Assembly: GCA_903924465.1 (NCBI GenBank)
Contig: CAIYBN010000056.1
Location: 1,291 to 65,290 of the forward strand
Source: an uncultured Myxococcales bacterium
GTDB lineage: Bacteria; Myxococcota_A; UBA9042
Reading direction: 5' to 3'
Length of the DNA: 64,000 bases
A program made the translations under genes and the position numbers. This document shows, piece by piece, positions 39,658 through 47,644 of this stretch (positions within the stretch are counted from its first letter, which is position 1; each line of letters starts with the position of its first letter). The notes below the pieces were generated by a model, which saw only the letters and a list, made by a program, of their open reading frames with translations, was not told the DNA's origin and did no database searches.

Positions 39658-41949
39658 TCAGTCGCCAAAGCGCGCGCGTGCCTCGTCTTTCCACTCATCC
39701 GGCCAGTAGTAGAATCCTTCGCAGGCGATCGAGAAGAAGCAGGTCTCGCACGCCTTTTCGTGACGTCGCCGCGATTGCAGGTAGTCGAACAGGTTCACGT
39801 CGTCCATGGTCACAAACACCATGTCACGTTCCATCTTGCCGATGTCGCTGAGGCAATAGTCCTCGTACCCCGGCATGTAGCACAGCGGCAGGTTGATCAC
39901 CTGGAACTTGATGCGATCGCCAAAATCGTCAATCAGCTTCATCACCAGCGGCGCCACTTCCGCCGGATCCGGCTGGCACTCCGCGCTGGCTTTGCCAAAC
40001 GGCGTCAGGAACTGCACGTTGCACAGCTTCACGCCCAGCTTCACCAGCAGCTCGCCGTACTCCATCAGCACCGGCGAATTGACCTTGGTCAGCGTCACAT
40101 TCACGCCAAAATCGATGCCCAGCTTCTCGCACAGCGGCCGGCAATTCCGGATGCCATCGACGGTCTGGCGAAACGCGCCTTTGGCCTGGACATTCTCCTC
40201 GTGCACCGCCTCGTTCGGCCCGTGCAGGGAAATCAGCAGGCTGGTGATGCCCGACTTGACGATCTTCTCGGCGTTGCGCGGCAGGCTCATCATCCGGCCG
40301 TTGCTGGTCAGGTTGATCGCCTGGAACTGCAAGTCCTTGGCCGCGCTGATGAGCTTCTGCAAGTTCGGATTGGTCGTCGGCTCGCCGCCGTCAAAATCGC
40401 ACAGGTCGTAGCCCTTGGCACGCCGGTCCTTCAGGAATGCGATTTGCTGGTCCAGCTCGCCGTGCCAGTCGCTGCGGTTGCCCGTGGCGCAGAACACGCA
40501 CTGGTTGTTGCAGACATACGTCGTGTTCATGATGACTTTGCGCGGCTTCCACGCCGACGCCTTGGTCTCCAGCACGCGCTTGGCCGCCCACAGCTCGCCC
40601 GGCGTCCAATCCGGCCCGGTCAGCACCGGCTTGCCCTGGAACAGCGGGCCGATATCGCGGTCCTCGCGCGTCGTCCACAGCTTGTCGTTGGTCGCGGTCT
40701 TGTGCAGCTCCGTGCCCTTGATCGGCGTCGCAAACTGCACCAGCGGCTGAGCGTCAAAGTCTTCGCACAGCTGCCACGCGGTCTTCAGCGTGTTCAGGAT
40801 TTCGACCCGCGTCTCCGTCGGCTGGCCGATCATCCAGTGCACCACCAAGCGCAGCCCATGCTGCTGGCACCACTGCGCCACGCGCTGCGTCGCCGCCAGA
40901 TCGAACTTCTTGCCGATCACGTCATTGGCGATGCGGTCGTTGGCCGACTCTGCGGAAATCGACAGCACCGGCACGCGCTGCGCCATGCGGATGATCTGGC
41001 TCTCCGTCACGCGATCCGCGCGCATGCCGTTGGGAAAATCCAGGCCGAGGTCGAATTCTTCCGCGACATCCAGCAGCGCGTCAAAATGGCTGGTCGTCAC
41101 GTTGACCAGTTCATCCAGCACCACCCAGCGGTCGATGCCATAGGTCGTCTTGAGCAACTCCGCGTGCTTGCGCAGCCACTCCTTGCCGTGGCGCCGGTAT
41201 GGCTTGCCCTCCAAGCCAGCGCGCTGCCACGGGTTGGACGTGCAGAAATTGCAGCGGTAGACGCAGCCGCGCGACGTCTTGACGGCGATGACCGGCGGCG
41301 CCGAGGAGAAGATCTCGTTCTTGTGCCGGCTGGCCGAGACGCGGCCCATGAACTTCTGGAACGCTGCGATGTCGACCAGGTCGTACGCCGGCAGCGGCAA
41401 CGCGTCCAAATCCTCGACCTGAGGCGCGCCGCGGGTGATGCGATCCACCGGCTTGCCGCCCGCCGCCAGCGTCGCAACCAGCTGCGTCAACTGCCCTTCT
41501 GCCTCGTACTGCTGGCCCCACGGAATGCCGACTTCGTCGAGATCGCGCTCATCCCATTCGATGAAATGCATCCCGCCGACGTCGCAATCCGCCAGCACCA
41601 CTGGCACGTGCGGCCAGCGCTCCGCCAGGTGCGCCACGAGCCGCTTGAGCTCCGCGCTCGCCGCCCGCGCGCGCTGCCACGGCGAATTGCCCAGCACCAC
41701 GACGTCCGGCGCTTGTTGTGGCAGCCGGCCGATCAGCGTCGAGATCGGCACGCCGAGGCGCAGGAATTCCTTGTTCTCGTGGATGAGGTTCGACGTCGGC
41801 AGGCAAAACGCGTCGAGCACCGTCACCGCATGACCGTCCACGCGCAGCTGCGCGGCGGCCTGCCAGAGCCCCAGGCTGGCAAAAGTCGGATAGTCGATGT
41901 ACGCCGCATGCAGCAAAAGGGGCGGCTGAATCAACAGGACGTGGGCCAA
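39658..41949 (-). CDS. Fusion protein: B12-binding (class B) radical SAM domain + radical SAM/SPASM-type domain
   Basis: 763 aa. The N-terminal half has a B12-binding-like Rossmann region followed by CVYRCNFC (CxxxCxxC). The C-terminal half has a second CNNQCVFC motif, GGEPT, a PLCYM motif, and a C-terminal Cys cluster CETCFFSIACEG (Cx2Cx5CxG, SPASM/twitch-like). Confidence 0.85.
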   Translation of the reverse strand: MAHVLLIQPPLLLHAAYIDYPTFASLGLWQAAAQLRVDGHAVTVLDAFCLPTSNLIHENKEFLRLGVPISTLIGRLPQQAPDVVVLGNSPWQRARAASAELKRLVAHLAERWPHVPVVLADCDVGGMHFIEWDERDLDEVGIPWGQQYEAEGQLTQLVATLAAGGKPVDRITRGAPQVEDLDALPLPAYDLVDIAAFQKFMGRVSASRHKNEIFSSAPPVIAVKTSRGCVYRCNFCTSNPWQRAGLEGKPYRRHGKEWLRKHAELLKTTYGIDRWVVLDELVNVTTSHFDALLDVAEEFDLGLDFPNGMRADRVTESQIIRMAQRVPVLSISAESANDRIANDVIGKKFDLAATQRVAQWCQQHGLRLVVHWMIGQPTETRVEILNTLKTAWQLCEDFDAQPLVQFATPIKGTELHKTATNDKLWTTREDRDIGPLFQGKPVLTGPDWTPGELWAAKRVLETKASAWKPRKVIMNTTYVCNNQCVFCATGNRSDWHGELDQQIAFLKDRRAKGYDLCDFDGGEPTTNPNLQKLISAAKDLQFQAINLTSNGRMMSLPRNAEKIVKSGITSLLISLHGPNEAVHEENVQAKGAFRQTVDGIRNCRPLCEKLGIDFGVNVTLTKVNSPVLMEYGELLVKLGVKLCNVQFLTPFGKASAECQPDPAEVAPLVMKLIDDFGDRIKFQVINLPLCYMPGYEDYCLSDIGKMERDMVFVTMDDVNLFDYLQSRRRHEKACETCFFSIACEGFYYWPDEWKDEARARFGD

Positions 41950-42142
41950 GTTCGCCTCGGGAATCTGGTTTTCACCTCAGCGCAACCTGCAAATCAGGCC
42001 AACGCTGCTCGGTCAGTATCGGTTGGCCGGTCCGCATCGGCAAGCCACGTCCGGCAAGCCCATGTGCGTGTGGGGATTTTTTGCCCAGACTTGTGTGCTA
42101 TCCCTGCCGCACCTACGCTGTCGGCGGGGGGAAAAGGTCGAG

Positions 42143-45100
42143 ATGCGTCGTTGCTGGATTCTGTTCCTGTTAACCGTGCTGGCGGTGCCGTCGTCTGCGC
42201 TCGCGTGGAGCGCCCGCAAGGTCGCGAAGCCCGTGGCGCATCACGCCAGCCATCACGGCGGCAAGACGCATGCGGCAGCTGCCAAGCACGTGCCGCCGAT
42301 CGACGTGCTGGTCGATGGCAAGCTGGTCGTCAAGCCCAAGGTTGCGCTGGCGGTGCTGAAGCGCCACGTGGCGGCGCGGGAGATGGCCGACGCGGTGCGG
42401 ATTGCTGAAGCGCTGGTGGAGCTGCCCAAAGTCGCGAAGCCGATCCTTGCAGACGCCGCAGCGGCCTTGGGCGCTGGCAATGATTACCCCGTGCAACTGC
42501 GGATATGGCGACGGCTGGCGAAGACCGGACATGGCCACGAGACCTTCTCCGAAGGCTATCTGGACGCTTTGCTGGCGGCCGGCGATGTGGCCAAAGCGCG
42601 GGAATTGCTGAATGCGGCGCTGAACCGCCTGCCCGTGGGCAAGCGCCGTGCGGTGCTGGAACGCCTGGTCGTGGTGTCCAAGCTGGATGGCACGGCCGGT
42701 GAGACGATCGACCAACTGCGGGCGCTGCGCGATCCCGACGCCGCGGTGCTCGCCGCACAGCTGCTGGAAGAACAAGGCGACTCGGATCTCGCCGCCGACG
42801 AACTGGCACTGGCGTGGCAGCGCTTTCCGGGGCATCGGGCGCTCCAGGCGGCGTATCAGGCGCTGCTGGTGCGGCTGGGACGGCGCGAGGAGCTGGCGAA
42901 GATCGTCGCGGAAGTGGTGCGGCTGGCGCCCGCGGACCCGATGCCGTGGCTGAGCGTGCTGGATGCGCACATCGCCGCGCGGGACATCGAGGCGGCGCGC
43001 AACCTCATCGACGAGCTGGCGCGCAAGCATCCCAAGCACGACGTGCTGCTGGAGGCGCTGATCGACCGCGAGCAGCGGATCGGCGATGCGCCCAAGCGCG
43101 TGGAGGCGCTGTACGAACAGCTGCTGACGGCTGCGCCCCGCGAGCCGCAGTACATCGAGGCTTACGCCGAATGGCTGCTGTCGCGCGCAGATGGCCAGAC
43201 GAATCGCTCCGACGAACCGGTCCTCGCTCTCCTGGCGCGTCTGCAAAAACCGCCTGCGGACGAGTGGGCGGGCCTGACCAAGTCGGCAGCGATCCTGATG
43301 AACCACAACCGTTTTGTCGCGGCACGCAAGCTCGTGCAAACGCTGAGCGCCAAGCGGCCGGGCGATCCGCGCGCCACGCGGCTGCTGGCGCTGCTGGACG
43401 AGCGCGAGGGCCATCCGCAAGACGCGATTGGCCACTGGCTGGAGCTGACCCACTTGCCGGATGCGCCGGATCTGGCGGATCGCCAGCGGGCGGTGGAAGC
43501 GCGCCTTTCGCTGTCGGCGCTGCTGCGGCGGACGTCACAGCTCGCCGAGACGGCGGCCGGGCTGCGGGCGAAGATCGACACCGGCAAGGCGACGCGTGCC
43601 GAGGTGCTGCTGTGGCTGGATCTGCAGACGCAGCTCGACGATGGCCGCGATGCCTTGAGCGACGCGGACTGGCAAAAGACCGCGGAACACGGGCGCTTGG
43701 CCTATACCGATGACGATGAAATCGCGCTGGCGGTGGCGACCGGGCTGCTGAACCGCGGCAAGCTCAGCGACGCGCTGCCCGCGGTGGAGCAGCTGGCGAA
43801 GCGCGATCGCGACGCGGCGACGCCGTTGGTCGCGCAAGCCGTGGAGATGGCGCTGGCGCACGGCGAGCCGGCGACGGCCAAGCGGCTGGAAGGGCTGCTG
43901 CTGACGGGCGACGAGACGCCGCAGACGTCGGTGCTGATGCGCCTGGGCGACCTGCACCTGCGGCTGGGTGACAATGCCGGGGCGACTGCGCTGTTCCGCC
44001 AATCGGCACAGCAGAATACCCGCGACACGCGGGCGGCCGGTCGGCTGGCGACGCTCTTTCGCCTCGCCGGCGCGGTGGACGACGAGGACAAGGCACTGCG
44101 CGACATCGTGGCGCGGGCGACGGACAGCGATGAGATCGACGCGGCCGGGCAACGCCTGCTGGCCGTGGCGCTGGGGGCGGGGCGCCTGGGCGAGCTGGTG
44201 CGGTGGCTCGACACGATCGTGCCGCAGCACGCCCGGCGTGAGCTGGTCGAGCGCCTGCGGATGAATGGCTACGACCTGTGGCTGCGCACCCTGCCGCTGG
44301 AACATGCCCTGGGCCATTCCGGCCCCGAGCCGATGGCCTCCGGCGTCGGCGATGCGCTGTCCAGCGGCGATCTGGCGCTGCAGGTCAAGGCGCTGCGCCA
44401 GCTGGCGGAGCTGCATCGGAGCATCCCACTGGCAACTGCCCAGCAGCTGCTGGCCGCGCCGAATCCTGCCTTGCGCCGCGATGTGACGCTGCTGCTCGGC
44501 GCGTCGGGCTCCGAGGAGGCGACGAAGCTGATTGTGGCGGTGATGGATGGCCACGACGTGCACGTGAACGGCGGCATGGATCCGGATGAGGAGGTGCGCA
44601 ACGCGCAGTTGGCCGCGCTGGTGCAACTGCCGCCGGTGCCTGGCGTGGAACGACCGCTCGACGAGTTCATTCGCCGCGGCGAGATGCTGGCACTACTGGC
44701 GCTCGGCAAGCTGGCCGGGCCGAATCCGGCGCTGGCACGACTGAGCGACGTGCTGGTGGCGAGCCGCCGCGACGCGACGCCCTATGCCCTGGTGGCGCTG
44801 GGGACGCTGGCGGGCCGTTCCGGTGAGGAGCCGAGCGCGCGCGATGCGGTCGACAAGCTGCTGCTGTTCAGTCCGGTGCGCGGTGGGACCGGTGACTTGC
44901 CGCGTCAAGTCGCGGCGCTCTGGGCGTTGGCGGCCGCCGGGCAGATGCGCGCGACCATGGAGGTCTGGAAAGCCGCGCTGGAGTCCCCCGAGCGTCCGCT
45001 CCGACACATGGCCGTGCGCCTGCTGGTGGCGGCGGAGCGGCCCACTTTGGTGGTGCCGGAGCTGCGGCCAGCGGATGGGGATACCGGCCGCGATTTGAAG

Positions 45101-45334
45101 AACCGCATCCTCCGCGCCACGCTGCTGCCCTGGCTGACGGAAGATGACGCCGCGCTGGCCAAGGCCCTGTCTCTGCTGGATGACGAGTTGGCACGCTCGG
45201 CGCAGGCCCGGCTGGCTGAGGGCGCGGGCGAGGTGTGGCAGCGCGCGTGGTGTGCGACCTGGCAGACGGCGGATGGCACGCAAGCGGCCGGTCCACACGT
45301 GCGGCAGTTCTGCGCGGTCAAGCCACGCGAGTGA
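42143..45334 (+). CDS. Secreted TPR/HEAT-repeat protein
   Basis: Signal peptide MRRCWILFLLTVLAVPSSALA. Long alpha-helical repeat protein (TPR-like, C-terminal HEAT/PBS-lyase-like repeats). Divergent from the rSAM fusion gene. Confidence 0.7.
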   Translation: MRRCWILFLLTVLAVPSSALAWSARKVAKPVAHHASHHGGKTHAAAAKHVPPIDVLVDGKLVVKPKVALAVLKRHVAAREMADAVRIAEALVELPKVAKPILADAAAALGAGNDYPVQLRIWRRLAKTGHGHETFSEGYLDALLAAGDVAKARELLNAALNRLPVGKRRAVLERLVVVSKLDGTAGETIDQLRALRDPDAAVLAAQLLEEQGDSDLAADELALAWQRFPGHRALQAAYQALLVRLGRREELAKIVAEVVRLAPADPMPWLSVLDAHIAARDIEAARNLIDELARKHPKHDVLLEALIDREQRIGDAPKRVEALYEQLLTAAPREPQYIEAYAEWLLSRADGQTNRSDEPVLALLARLQKPPADEWAGLTKSAAILMNHNRFVAARKLVQTLSAKRPGDPRATRLLALLDEREGHPQDAIGHWLELTHLPDAPDLADRQRAVEARLSLSALLRRTSQLAETAAGLRAKIDTGKATRAEVLLWLDLQTQLDDGRDALSDADWQKTAEHGRLAYTDDDEIALAVATGLLNRGKLSDALPAVEQLAKRDRDAATPLVAQAVEMALAHGEPATAKRLEGLLLTGDETPQTSVLMRLGDLHLRLGDNAGATALFRQSAQQNTRDTRAAGRLATLFRLAGAVDDEDKALRDIVARATDSDEIDAAGQRLLAVALGAGRLGELVRWLDTIVPQHARRELVERLRMNGYDLWLRTLPLEHALGHSGPEPMASGVGDALSSGDLALQVKALRQLAELHRSIPLATAQQLLAAPNPALRRDVTLLLGASGSEEATKLIVAVMDGHDVHVNGGMDPDEEVRNAQLAALVQLPPVPGVERPLDEFIRRGEMLALLALGKLAGPNPALARLSDVLVASRRDATPYALVALGTLAGRSGEEPSARDAVDKLLLFSPVRGGTGDLPRQVAALWALAAAGQMRATMEVWKAALESPERPLRHMAVRLLVAAERPTLVVPELRPADGDTGRDLKNRILRATLLPWLTEDDAALAKALSLLDDELARSAQARLAEGAGEVWQRAWCATWQTADGTQAAGPHVRQFCAVKPRE

Positions 45335-46247
45335 GGGCAACCGCCACTTGTGCCGCCAGCGCGGCATTGTTCAGCACCAGCGCGATGTTCGCCGCCAGGC
45401 TATCGCCGCCGGTGCTCTGGTTGAGCCAGGCCAGCAGGAACGGCGTCACCGCCTTGCCGGTCACCCCCTGTGCCTTGACCGCCGCAAGCGCTTCCTCTGT
45501 CGCCGCATCGACCACCGCGCGCGCCATGGCCCACGCCTCGGGAGTCGGGTTGGCCACCACCACGCCGCCGTGACCCAGGGCCCAGCGCGCCCGCAGGATC
45601 GCCGCCACCTGCTCGGGCGTCTCGCAGCGCGTGTCCACGGGCAGGCCGCTGTCGCGGGTCAGGAACGCCGGGAACGCATCCGTCCGGTAACCCAGCACCG
45701 GCACGCCGTGGGTCTCCAGGTACTCCAAGGTCAGCGCCAGATCGAGAATCGACTTCGCGCCGGCACAGACCACCGCCACCGGCGTGTGCGCCAGCTCCGG
45801 CAGGTCGGCCGAGATGTCCATCGTCGCCGCGGCGCCGCGGTGCACGCCGCCGATGCCACCTGTCGCAAACACGCGAATGCCCGCCAAGGCTGCGATGACC
45901 ATCGTGCCGGCGACCGTCGTCGCGCCCGTGCCGCCGTTGGCCAGTAGGATGGGCAGATCGCGGCGGCTGGCCTTGGTCACCCGCGGTCCGGCTTGGCCCA
46001 GGGTCTCGATTTCCGCGGCGGAGAGCCCGGCTTTCAGGCGGCCGTTGAGCACGGCGATGGTTGCGGGAATGGCGCCGTGGGCGCGGACTTCTGCCTCGAC
46101 CCGCAGGGCTGTCTGCACATTTTGTGGGTACGGCATGCCGTGGGAGATGATCGTCGATTCCAGTGCTACGACTGGGGCGTGGGACGCGAGGGCCTGGGCA
46201 ACCTCCGGTTGGATGTCGAGGGGGCTATGCGACATAGTGGTCTTCAT
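45318..46247 (-). CDS. psuG: Pseudouridine-5'-phosphate glycosidase
   Basis: Indigoidine synthase A-like/PsuG family motifs (VVALESTIISHGMPYP; GGIGGVHRGA; VVCAGAKSILD). 309 aa. Confidence 0.9.
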   Translation of the reverse strand: MKTTMSHSPLDIQPEVAQALASHAPVVALESTIISHGMPYPQNVQTALRVEAEVRAHGAIPATIAVLNGRLKAGLSAAEIETLGQAGPRVTKASRRDLPILLANGGTGATTVAGTMVIAALAGIRVFATGGIGGVHRGAAATMDISADLPELAHTPVAVVCAGAKSILDLALTLEYLETHGVPVLGYRTDAFPAFLTRDSGLPVDTRCETPEQVAAILRARWALGHGGVVVANPTPEAWAMARAVVDAATEEALAAVKAQGVTGKAVTPFLLAWLNQSTGGDSLAANIALVLNNAALAAQVAVALTRVA

Positions 46248-46279
46248 TTTGCGGAACCGGCGCCGCGGGCGCGCCGGAT

Positions 46280-46308
46280 CTGAGGGAAACCGTTCCGGTT
46301 TCCCTCAG
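46280..46308. other. Perfect hairpin palindrome (13-bp stem ctgagggaaaccg / cggtttccctcag, 3-nt loop)
   Basis: Read directly from the sequence. Lies in the psuG upstream / intergenic region. Confidence 0.5.
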
Positions 46309-46373
46309 ACTCCCTTCCCCTTTTCGGGCGTGGAAGTTCCGAGAGGTGGGGTCGGCGTGGGGCCCCCGAGCTT

Positions 46374-46396
46374 TTGCCGAAGCTTTGCTTCGGCAA
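46374..46396. other. Perfect hairpin palindrome (10-bp stem ttgccgaagc / gcttcggcaa, 3-nt loop)
   Basis: Read directly from the sequence. Same intergenic region. Confidence 0.5.
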
Positions 46397-46550
46397 ATCG
46401 GGACCCACGCCTCGGCCGAGATGGGGAGGAAGGGGCAGCGCGCTTGGGAAGGGGCTGGCGTGCGGGCAGGTGTTGAGGGCAACTGGGTCGCGGGGCATGG
46501 CTCGGTGCATGGGGGCGACCTTCTTGGGGCGGTGTGGTGGGGCTCTGGCG

Positions 46551-46777
46551 GCTGCTTTGCGGGCACTTATGCCTATGGGGTGACTATCCTGCAAGTGCGG
46601 GATGGGCACAACAGCCGATTCAGTGACCATCTTGCAGTTGCGGGATAGGCACTCATGCCGACTCAGTGCCCATAAAGCAGTTGCAGGATGGTCACTCATG
46701 CCGACTCAGTGCCTATCATGCAATTGCGGGATGGGCACCCATGCCGACCAAGTGGCTATCTTGCAGCTGCGATCAGG
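46551..46777. repeat. Tandem direct repeat array, about 43-bp unit x roughly 5.5 copies
   Basis: Units read from the sequence: gtgactatcctgcaagtgcgggatgggcacaacagccgattcagt / gaccatcttgcagttgcgggataggcactcatgccgactcagt / gcccataaagcagttgcaggatggtcactcatgccgactcagt / gcctatcatgcaattgcgggatgggcacccatgccgaccaagt / ggctatcttgcagctgcgatcag. Each unit carries a small dyad atggg..cccat. There are no intervening unique spacers. Confidence 0.8.
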
Positions 46778-47459
46778 TCTCCGACTCGGGCGGGGTGGTT
46801 GGATCCGCGGCTGTGGGCTTGCTCTTGGGCGTGCTGCGTGCCGGGGCGAGCGCTGCGCGGACCAGATCGCTGCGGCCGGGGAACTTGGTGAGGATGCCGA
46901 GTTCGGTCGTCGCGGTCAGTTTGTCCAGCGCCGTGACTTGCGCGGAGCGGGCAATATCCAGCACCAGGGAAGCTTGTTGCGCGGCGCTGCGATCCGCTTC
47001 TACGGCACTCAGGGCTTCCGTCGCGGTTTTCAGCGCCGCCAAACACTTCACCAGCTCCGGGTGCGCCAGCGCTGCACCCTTGGCGGCGATGACAGCGGCT
47101 GCGGCAATCGCGCGCACGGGGCCCAGGGTGCGGAGTACAGCGGCCCGCAGCGGCGTGAACAAGGACGCGTACGGGTCCTTGCGCACGTTCTTGCCCGCCG
47201 CAAGCAGCGCCCGGCCCGAGAGATCCCCCACCACCACGCCCCATTCCACCGAGCTGACCGCAACCTTGCGCTGCGCACCCAGCAGCTTCCACCGCGTCTC
47301 GTCGCGCGTCTGCCGCGCCGCAAGCAGGTCCTTGCGCAGCTTGTGCCACGGCGCCGCCAGCGGCGCGAGGCTGGGTGTGGCTTCCAACCCGGCGATGACG
47401 CCGGAGACGTGGTCGATTAGCGAATCCAGGGATGCTTCTGGGGCAAATGCGTAGCTCAT
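46773..47459 (-). CDS. Hypothetical protein
   Basis: 228 aa from MSYAFAPEA. Ala-rich helical composition. No recognizable domain. Confidence 0.45.
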   Translation of the reverse strand: MSYAFAPEASLDSLIDHVSGVIAGLEATPSLAPLAAPWHKLRKDLLAARQTRDETRWKLLGAQRKVAVSSVEWGVVVGDLSGRALLAAGKNVRKDPYASLFTPLRAAVLRTLGPVRAIAAAAVIAAKGAALAHPELVKCLAALKTATEALSAVEADRSAAQQASLVLDIARSAQVTALDKLTATTELGILTKFPGRSDLVRAALAPARSTPKSKPTAADPTTPPESET

Positions 47460-47644
47460 CGATGACCTCGCAGGTAGCGAAAAGTAGGAACAACGGGCCC
47501 GGAAGTCGGGTAACCGATAGGAACGGGTGAAAAGTTGCCGCGGGTTTGGGGGGATGTCAAGAGGGCGGCGGGCGGGGAATTGTGACTTTTTGGGGACGGC
47601 TGGTCGAGGCCTCTTGTGCACTCACGATGCCCAGCCGCGTCGCG

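Noticed and set aside
39589-42408. 939-aa plus-strand ORF
   Set aside because: Antisense to the rSAM fusion gene, whose conserved Cys motifs identify the true frame.
46551-46777. Possible CRISPR array
   Set aside because: Repeats are directly tandem with no unique spacers, and no cas genes are nearby; this is a simple tandem repeat.
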